From Macrostomum lignano (taxonomy: Eukaryota), in contig NIVC01002475.1 in assembly GCA_002269645.1 (NCBI GenBank), forward strand, positions 1 to 64,000: 64,000 bases of DNA. Direction: 5' to 3'. Made by a program: the position numbers and the translations under genes. The notes beneath the pieces were generated by a model. It searched no databases. It was not told the DNA's origin and saw only the letters and a program-made list of their open reading frames with translations. Below, in pieces: positions 48,140-57,042 of the stretch (its first letter is position 1; each line of letters starts with the position of its first letter).

Positions 48140-49180
48140 CACTTCGGTGCACATAAGTGATAAATTTGAGACACATGAATGACCACTTTAAGACACATGT
48201 ATGACCACTTTAAGACACATGAATGACCACTTTAAGACAAGTATGACCACTTAGAAACACAAGTATGACCACTTTGGGACACATAAATGACCACTTTGAG
48301 ACACATGAATGACCACTTTACGACGGATTAATGACCACTTTAGGACGCATTAATGACCACTTTAGGACACATTAATGACCACTTTAGGACACATTAATGA
48401 CCACTTTAGGACACGTGAATGACCACTTTAAGACACGTGAATGACCACTTTAAGACACGCGAATGAACACTTTAAGACACATGCATGACCGCTTTAAGAC
48501 ACATTAATGACCACTTTTAGACAAGTATGACCACTTAAAAACACAAGTGTGACCACTTTGGGACACAAATGACCACTTTGAGACACATGAATGACCACTT
48601 TACGACGGATTAATGACCACTTTAGGACGCATTAATGACCACTTTAGGACACATTAATGACCACTTTAGAACACGTGAATGACCACTTTAAGACACGTGA
48701 ATGAACACTTTAAGACACGCGAATGAACACTTTAAGACACATGCATGACCGCTTTAAGACACATTAATGACTACTTTTAGACAAGTATGACCACTTAAAA
48801 CACAAGTATGACCACTTTGGGACACAAATGACCACTTTGAGACACATGAATGACCACTTTACGACGGATTAAAATGACCACTTTAGGACGCATTAATGAC
48901 CACTTTAGGACAGATTAATGACCACTTTAGGACACATTAATGACCACTTTAGGACACGTGAATGACCACTTTAAGACACGTGAATGACCACTTTAGGACA
49001 CATTAATGACCACTTTAGGACACGTGAATGACCACTTTAAGACACGTGAATGACCACTTTAAGACACGCGAATGAACACTTTAAGACACATGCATGCCCG
49101 CTTTAAGACACATTAATGACCACTTTTAGACACATTAATGACCACTTCAGTACACATTAATGACCACTTTAAGACACAGT
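48140..49180. repeat. 22-bp minisatellite (ATGACCACTTTAGGACACATTA) with higher-order blocks
   Basis: Period 22 (48361, 48383); a variant block recurs near 48236, 48519 and 48779. Confidence 0.93.
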
Positions 49181-49795
49181 AATAACGTCCTAACACGTAA
49201 GTCGCACAAATGACTTTCGGACATGAGTGACTTTTCGGTCATGAGTCACATGTACTATTTACAGATACATAAATTAAAGTCCTTACTTGGCATTTGACTC
49301 AATGCTCAATCCTATGCAGGACACATTGGCGGCTAATGCAGCTATAGATGATAATTTAACGGCCGCAGGAAAGGAAGTTTATTTTGCCAGTCGGACGGAC
49401 AATGGGATCTGGCAAAGTGTACATATCCATCCACCGCAGGGCAATTGTTTTGTTTTGTAAGTCTCGTTGTTAGGCACCCAATATAGTTCACTCCTTTCTA
49501 CCTCCCCCACCTCTCCCTCTCATGGCCTTCAATTGTATCAGTTATTCTGCAAGAGGCACATACATGTACATTTTGTGTGCATTTTTGTGTCTGAACCTCC
49601 ATTTAGGTTGGAAAGGATAGAATTCCTTTTAGAGCTGCTTTTGCACAGGCCTCACCTGCCAGTCCCTGCCACCCCAGTCCTCAAGTCGATGATCATTAAA
49701 ATGCATAAAAGCAAACAGTTTTGCAGATTAGTTTTAAAGGCTGCAATATCATCATTTTATTGAAAAAAAACAATACATATGCAAAGCCGCTCAAA

Positions 49796-51139
49796 ATGCA
49801 GGCCTCGTTAATTCTGCAGTTTCTGTGCTGCTGCATCGCCTTCCGCTTCTCGCTGGGCGCAGAATTCGGTCTGATTGGCTGTTTCAAGGACAACGAAACT
49901 CGAGACCTCTCCGGTTTAGTTGGCAAGCCCAATATCGGGCCCTACTCTGTGGTGGATTCTGATCGTGTCGTATTTGGCTCATTGACTTTGGAGCAGTGCA
50001 GCGAAGTCTGCGCCTACGAAAATTTTGAGTACTTCGGCGTCCAGTTTGAAACTCAATGCTATTGTGGAAACTCATATGGTCGCTTCGGAGCTGGCACTGG
50101 CTGCAACAAGACTTGCGCGGGCAATGCTGCCCAGATCTGCGGAGGGCTTTGGCAGAATTCTGTGTACCGGCAGGTCTACCTTCGTCCAGGTGGGATTAAC
50201 GGAATTTAGAATGTTCCTGTCTGCGTGTTCTGCGTACTCTAGGTACATATCTAAAACAGGACTAAATTCATGCATTTCCATTATTTTAAGAATCGTATTG
50301 TCAGCGCTCATTTTCGCGCCGCAGGCACTCATTTTAGCGCCACAGGCACTCATTTTGGCGCCGTAGGCACTCATTTTAGCGCCGCAGGCACTCATTTTAG
50401 CGCCACAGGCACTCATTTTAGCGCCACAGGCACTCATTTTGGCGCCATAGGCAATCCTTTTAGTGCCACAGGCACTCATTTTAGCGCCACAGGCACTCAT
50501 TTTGGCGCCATAGGCACTCATTTTGGCGCCGTGAGCGCTACATTTTGGCGCCCGAAGAAAAATTATTGATTACCACGAGTCACAAGGTGTGGTGGAGGGA
50601 CAAAGCATTGGCATGTCCCCCCATAGCTTTTACTGGGTGGGAGACATGTCCCCCCTGTCCCCCACCCCCCAGTGGCAACGCGCCTGCCTAAAGATCATAA
50701 AAATGCATGGCACTGCTCGACTCATGGTTTCTTGAGTCCATTTTAACATAGAACCCAAATTTACTAAACGAAAAGCTTAATGAATATCAATAGAGCTACG
50801 CTCGTATAAGATCAAAATCAAAATCAACATCAAAATTGAACACTTCCTTTCTCCGTAGTGTCTCCTAAAATTTTCCATGGCTAACTATACTCTTGACCTT
50901 TTTTAGTCAGCAGCAAGAATTTCATACGGACAGACCGAATCTACCTGAACGTGACCTCCACCAGCGGGCCCTTCTATAGCACGGTGCAGCCCGTCAAAAG
51001 CCTAGCCGAGTGCCTGGTTCGCTGTGGCGCTGACTGTCAGGCCGTGCTGCTGCATCTGAACGCCTGCCACCTGCTGAGATTCCCCGTCCTGCCGCACGAG
51101 CTCGAGGCCGAAACTGGCGAATTTATCGTTCGCGTGTGA
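49796..51139 (+). CDS. Secreted WSC-domain protein with C-terminal PAN/apple-like Cys module (exons 49796-50189 and 50907-51139; 208 aa)
   Basis: Hydrophobic signal peptide, then WSC motifs IGCFKD, LTLEQCSEVC, YFGVQFETQCYCG and CNKTCAGNAAQICGG..NSVY. A phase-1 GT-AG intron joins to SLAECLVRCGADCQAV..ACHL. Confidence 0.85.
50290..50550. repeat. 21-bp intronic minisatellite (GGCACTCATTTTAGCGCCACA)
   Basis: Period 21 (50345, 50366). Confidence 0.92.
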
Positions 51140-51179
51140 CCTGCGAAATTTAAGCGTTTGAAGTACCGAAAATGTTAAT

Positions 51180-52219
51180 TAAACACCTTAAACACCATCT
51201 TATTGAAAAATATGGTAACCAAATTGTTTAACTCTGTGATTAAACACCATCTTATTGAAAACTCTTGTGAACCTTGTTTAACTCTGTGATTAAACACCAT
51301 CTTATTGAAAACTCTTGTGAACCTTGTTTAACTCTGTGATTAAACACCATCTTATTGAAAACTCTGGTGAACCTTGTTTAACTGTGTGATTAAACACCAT
51401 CTTATTGAAAACTCTGGTGAACCTTGTTTAACTGTGTGATTAAACACCATCTTATTGAAAACTCTGGTGAACCTTGTTTAACTGTGTGATTAAACACCAT
51501 CTTATTGAAAACTCTGGTGAACCTTGTTTAACTGTGTGATTAAACACCATCTTATTGAAAACTCTGGTGAACCTTGTTTAACTGTGTGATTAAACACCAT
51601 CTTATTGAAAACTCTGGTGAACCTTGTTTAACTGTGTGATTAAACACCATCTTATTGAAAACTCTGGTGAACCTTGTTTAACTGTGTGATTAAACACCAT
51701 CTTATTGAAAACTCTGGTGAACCTTGTTTAACTGTGTGATTAAACACCATCTTATTGAAAACTCTGGTGAACCTTGTTTAACTGTGTGATTTAACACCAT
51801 CTTATTGAAAACTCTTGTGAACCTTGTTTAATTCCGTGATTTTAAACACAATCTTATTGAAAACTCTGGTAAAACGTGTTTAATTCCGTGATTTTAAACA
51901 CCATAAAAAACACTGCCGGTGGCGGACACTTTTTACACTGCGGACACTGCCGGACACTGCCGGTGGCGCGGCCTTTGTTCGCGCCCAAGCCATGAAGCGC
52001 GCCCTGTGACGCTGACTTTTACCATCATGACAGCGTATTTTGTTGTTGTTGTTGTTGTTGTTAAACACCATCTTATGGAAAACTCTGGTAAAGCTTGTTT
52101 AATTCCGTGATTTTAAACACCATCTTATGGAAAACTCTGGTAAAGCTTGTTTAATTCCGTGATTTTAAACACCATCTTATTGAAAACTCTGGTAAAGCTT
52201 GTTTAATTCTGTTATTTTA
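51180..52219. repeat. 50-bp satellite (TAAACACCATCTTATTGAAAACTCTGGTGAACCTTGTTTAACTGTGTGAT)
   Basis: Period 50 (51301, 51351). Interrupted by a LINE fragment and truncated by the large CMC element. Confidence 0.96.
51905..52060 (+). mobile_element. 156-bp 5'-truncated RTE-like LINE 3' end
   Basis: GGCCTTTGTTCGC..GAAGCG.GC.CTGTGACGC..GCGTATTTTGTTGTT is shared with 11180-11258. (GTT)n tail; TSD TTAAACACCAT (51894-51904, 52061-52071). Confidence 0.9.
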
Positions 52220-52990
52220 CCCGTCGAACGTTTCGCCCGGAATTTTTTCCGGAATTTTTTGCGTTCACCCGGAATTTTTTCCTATTCCAGTAATGCAATC
52301 TGATCCGGGTGGAAATTCCGGATCTGTAACGAAAGTTTACAGAATCCGGGCGAAATTCCCGGATCAAAAAGAAAAATTCCGGAAAATAGACCCGGATCGC
52401 TAAAAAAAATTCGGTGACTGTTCCGGGTGCGATCCGGGCGAGTGGAACGGATCAGCACACGAATCCGGGCTAAATTCCGGGCGAGTGGACCGGATCAGCA
52501 CACAAATCCGGGCTAAATTCCGGGCGAGTGGAACGGATCAGCACACGAATCCGGGCTAAATTCCGGGCGAGTGGACCGGATCAGCACACAAATCCGGGCT
52601 AAATTCCGGGCGAGTGGACCGGATCAGCACACAAATCCGGGCTAAATTCCGGGCGACGAAAACCGGATCAACACACAATTCCGGGCGAGTGGACCGGATC
52701 AGCACACGAATTCGGGCTAAATTCCGGGCGAGTGGACCGGATAGTTACAGAATTCCGGGCGAGTGGACCGGATCAGCACACGAATCCGGGTTAAATTCCG
52801 GGCGAGTGGACCGGATAATTACAGAATTCCGGGCGAGTGGACCGGATCAGCACACAATTCCGGGCTAAATTCCGGGCGAGTGGACCGGATCAACACACAA
52901 TTCCGGGCGAGTGGAACCGGATCAGCACACGAATCCGGGCTAAATTCCGGGCGAGTGGAACCGGATCAGCACACAAATCCGGGCGAATTG
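52220..52990. repeat. Subterminal repeats of the large CMC element (CCGGATCAGCACAC / GAATCCGGGCTAAATTCCGGGCGAGTGGA)
   Basis: Dense direct and inverted CCGG motifs typical of CACTA subterminal regions. Confidence 0.85.
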
Positions 52991-53589
52991 TGGATCTTTA
53001 CCATAAGCCGAATCCTGTGCTTAGCAACGTAACGGAAAAATTAAAAAAAGAATGGGTCACTTCTCTATACATTTTCCACGACTAAGAATTTAATCCTCGA
53101 ACGGAAATATTAAATCCAGTTGAGCACAACTGTAAATCGTATATTTCTATGCACAGTACGTATACGTACTTTCCGAAACATGCTTTTGGCAAAAATGCGG
53201 ACCTTCTGAATGTCACTCAAATGAGCAACTGCACTTCGATTATCATATAACCGTAACCGTACCTTATCGAAACATTGGATACTCTTCAGGGATTCCCATC
53301 GACTACCTATATGAATGGATCTGTTGGGTGTGTCACTCGGCAAACAACTTTTAATTAGCTAGTTAAATCACGTCAGCTGACTTGTCTATTCACTTGCCTT
53401 TTACGGGACCCATCAAGGCTGATATATGTTGGCAGCCAATGTCTCAATAAGCATTTGTAATGAAATGTAATCTAGCGAAATTGCCAGTAACAAAAAGGTA
53501 GAAATTAATTGCAAATAAATGCGGTGGTGGTGTTACGGTGGTGTTCCATCTTGGACCCGAATTTAAATTCAATCATGAATTTAGTGAAT

Positions 53590-55164
53590 TCACTCCTCTA
53601 GTACTTCCTCTCCGTCTGGAGACATAAGCGCATGTCCCGGACTTCCCCGGATATCGGGCACCGGCTCGTGCGAATGTTCACCATGTTCACGAGCTGCGTC
53701 GTGCTGATGTTGTCTTTTGCGCGAACCGGAAGTCGACCCCTCATTTGCAGCAGCACTGGCGATTCGTCGCGCCTTGACCTGGTCTGCCTTCTTTTGCCGC
53801 TCTGCGGCTGGCCGAGCTTGAAAGAGAACCAATTCGCGGCAGCGACTGAACGCTTTCCTCAAATCGTCAAAGCTTACTGGCATGTTCACGTGCTTACAGT
53901 ACGCCTCGACCATCTCCAGCTTAGCCGTGTTTGCTGCACGAACGTGTCCAGTCTGGCCATGTGAGCCGCGACGACCGGAGACGCTGGAGCTTTCAAACTC
54001 CTCAACGGAGAATACAGCTCGTAGAATAGTCCGCACGAACGAAGCCTTCACTCGCTCTACTGTCTTCTTCGCATGCGGGTCCACGGCGTCCCGGTGTTTT
54101 TCAATGACAGAGGTGGCCTTTTCTCCGGCCGCTTCTATGGCCAGCCGGTCGCGCATGCTTACAAGCACGTTCTTGAAAGCGGGATCGGTGTCACAGATAG
54201 CGACTCCGGATCCGCCTTGCCCGCCGCTGGACGAGTGCACATTCAAAACGGATTGCATGCTGCGGTGCAATTCATTGGTTTGGCTAGTGCTGATAGGCCC
54301 TTGAACGAAAAAAGCGGATGATGCGCTTCGGCGTGATTCCGCAGTCTGTCCGGCGATCTCGTCGTCCGAATTCGGACCGTTCTCAGATGCAGGGTGCATT
54401 TCGGAGCCGCCCAGAATACTACACACTTCCCCGATCAGAATAAGCGACTGCTCCTGTCGCTTTGCGACACGACCTAGTGCGTGCACTGCCTGGCTCCTAG
54501 CTACGGTCGTGTCGGATTCCGTCGAGCTCGTAGCAGCGATCGCTTCCAACCGAAGTACTTCAGCTTTCAGCTGACGATTTTCGGCTTGAACATCCGACAG
54601 TTTTTCGCGAACTTCGCTCAATTGATGGCCTATTAAGTACATAGAAATGAGGAGAGTGGCGATCGAGGCAGATGCAAAAATAAAGAATCGACGACACTTA
54701 TCATATACGAGGCTGCTAAGGTATTCCATTATATGCATAAAAAACTTACGCAGTTCGTCCTCCGCTTCGCTTTGGGCCCGAATCTGTTCCATCATTGTGG
54801 TACAAGACGGACATCGTGACGGCTGCGGTTGCTGCGACGGAACACGCGCCAAAGCAGTCGCTTCAGTCGCTTGGGACTTTCTTTCGAAAGGCCCCTTCCA
54901 GATAGTGGCAGAGTACCGGGATCCGGTACTCTTATTTGCAGCCGTGACAACCAGGACACGGCACTTGCGGGTAGGCTCCTCAACCGCATGCGGAATAGCC
55001 ACAATTGAAGCGTCCTGCACAACGCCATACTGTACACTGCCCTGAGAATCTGGGGCGTATTGTACACTCCAATATCGATTAATTGCTCCGGAGTACGCTT
55101 TAAAATCAGCAGGGAGTTCCAGCTGCTTCTTTGAAGCCTTGGAAGTCTTGCTTTTTGATGTCAT
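53590..55164 (-). CDS. Transposon accessory protein with Tudor/SH3-like N-terminus, coiled coil and C-terminal BEN domain; probable 120-nt intron at 54630-54749 (484 aa spliced)
   Basis: BEN-like segment FVRTILRAVFSVEEFESSSVSGR..AANTAKLEMVEAY (~53830-54050). GTAAGT..TAATAG intron in frame; acceptor TTTTCAG 21 nt before the ATG. Confidence 0.78.
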   Translation of the reverse strand: MTSKSKTSKASKKQLELPADFKAYSGAINRYWSVQYAPDSQGSVQYGVVQDASIVAIPHAVEEPTRKCRVLVVTAANKSTGSRYSATIWKGPFERKSQATEATALARVPSQQPQPSRCPSCTTMMEQIRAQSEAEDELRKFFMHIMEYLSSLVYDKCRRFFIFASASIATLLISMYLIGHQLSEVREKLSDVQAENRQLKAEVLRLEAIAATSSTESDTTVARSQAVHALGRVAKRQEQSLILIGEVCSILGGSEMHPASENGPNSDDEIAGQTAESRRSASSAFFVQGPISTSQTNELHRSMQSVLNVHSSSGGQGGSGVAICDTDPAFKNVLVSMRDRLAIEAAGEKATSVIEKHRDAVDPHAKKTVERVKASFVRTILRAVFSVEEFESSSVSGRRGSHGQTGHVRAANTAKLEMVEAYCKHVNMPVSFDDLRKAFSRCRELVLFQARPAAERQKKADQVKARRIASAAANEGSTSGSRKRQHQHDAAREHGEHSHEPVPDIRGSPGHALMSPDGEEVLEE

Positions 55165-55744
55165 TGTCAGACGGAGAGCCTATAGCTGAAAAGGTTTCAG
55201 TGCAGGACACATTATGTTGAAGACATGTGCTTGTTAAATTCCCATACAGCTGCCCAGAACTGCGGGATCACCCAATTAAATAACCCAGTAGCATGCGTCT
55301 GTTAGGTAAGCGTTAGAAAATACAACATTAGGTGCATAAAGGCGCAAACTGTGACACTCAGTTAATTAAATAGATAGTGCTTTGACGCCATCCTGCTACA
55401 CTATACTACTTACAAACGCAACCATCAAATGATACAATGCGCATGGGAAGATATATTACCGAAGTCGAAGTTCATTCAGTTGATTTTCAGTCATGTTTGT
55501 CGTCAGATGAGTCAGCATATTGGTCACGTGGTGTCATTTTTAAGGAACTACACCAAATTAATAGACAGTGGTTAGTATTGTGCAGTATAAATTTACATAG
55601 ATTTATATGAGTTTTAAAACTCATGGAATCACGTGTCAGATAGTGAGGTTACAGTTTTGCACATTGAAAGTACTATTATATAGTAGCCAGGAGTACAGAC
55701 GTCGATTTCGACTTCAAGGCATCAACACCTACTGCAATAGATCG

Positions 55745-56434
55745 CTACTGCTGTTGTCCTTTACGACGCGACTGTCGCCCAAATGTCGGCGACTTTCCGG
55801 TGCATCCGGTGACATCCACATCTGCGGAGCCGTCGGCAACGGGACTAAACGACTGCTGGCGAATGGGTGACCGGTCTCTGAGTTGCACCGACACTGCCTT
55901 CTGTCCATGCAGCTCTTGGTGCCTCCTTTGTAGCCATTCAAGGTCGTCGGCGTCGGAATTGGAGTCACCGGCGACAAGCCAGCCTTCCCTGCGCTCTTTC
56001 GCAGATAATGGCACCGGTTTCAGCTTGCGGATGACGGCATTGGGAGTATGCAGTTGGCGCCTAACCAACTGCACATATGGCCGCGGCTTCGACTGGAATC
56101 GAGTTGAACTGGCGTCCAGCGCAACGAGATTCCGATGGGGGAGGTCACTACGCAGTTGAGCATTTTCGGCCTCAAGGACTTTTAGGTATCCCGTCGCCCA
56201 CTGCACTTTCTCTTCGTCATGACCGTCCCTGACCGCATACGGTGTGGGATTCCGACCGGTGTCGGATGTTACGCTATGCGTAACTGTAAAGCCGAGGCCA
56301 TCTTCGTCCCAGGAAGTGGAAGATGCCGAGACATGACGTCGCAGTCGCCGTATACGGCTATTTTCTTGCAGTAGTGCGTTGATACGATCCACAAGTGGGC
56401 TCAGGTTGTGGGACTTAGAAAATCGACGATACAT
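55745..56434 (-). CDS. Orphan 229-aa ORF inside the CMC element (short coiled-coil segments)
   Basis: Intact ATG-to-stop ORF co-oriented with its neighbours; acceptor ATTCCAG 10 nt before the ATG; no recognised domain. Confidence 0.55.
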   Translation of the reverse strand: MYRRFSKSHNLSPLVDRINALLQENSRIRRLRRHVSASSTSWDEDGLGFTVTHSVTSDTGRNPTPYAVRDGHDEEKVQWATGYLKVLEAENAQLRSDLPHRNLVALDASSTRFQSKPRPYVQLVRRQLHTPNAVIRKLKPVPLSAKERREGWLVAGDSNSDADDLEWLQRRHQELHGQKAVSVQLRDRSPIRQQSFSPVADGSADVDVTGCTGKSPTFGRQSRRKGQQQ

Positions 56435-57042
56435 GCTTGCCGGGCTGGAATTGTTGCGAGAATTGCCTTTGTCTACCTGTCCATCTGTTTACCTGTCTGT
56501 CTACATGTCCGTGTAACAGTCTAGCTACCTGTCTACCTGTCCGTATAACTGACTACCTGTCTGTTTAACTGTCTCTGTTTGTCTGTCCGTCTGTATGTCT
56601 ACCCGGCTGTCGAGTTACTGTTTAAAGTAATCAAAAAGTCTAACACAATAATCGCGCATAAGTAGGAAGTTTATGAATCATAAGCTGGTGAACAAGGTGC
56701 TGTAGTTACATTGCAACAGTCAAAGGAAGCCTTGATACAAGGTATCAAAATTACATTGAGTCATGCGCGAGTGTACAGAGGTTATAAGACAGTCGCAATT
56801 CATACAATGCTGTACAATAGTGTTTCCTCTGGTCTGACGAGATACGTCGCAGCTGATAGTAAGTTGAGTAAGTGAAGTAACAATTACCACTCATCATGTA
56901 ACTGGAACACTTCAAAGTCTAAAAAGCAATGCTCTCGTCAGACTTACACTAACATGGCCAACCTTACATCTGACGAGGCGCCAGGTTCGTCATCACTGTA
57001 TACATTATAGGACATGTGAACCGGACTACAATTTCGCGTCAA

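Noticed and set aside
50072-50569. MSACGAK / GTHFSA repeat ORFs
   Set aside because: Intronic 21-bp minisatellite translations.
52614-53085. SGPDQH / RVDRIST repeat ORFs
   Set aside because: Translations of transposon subterminal repeats.
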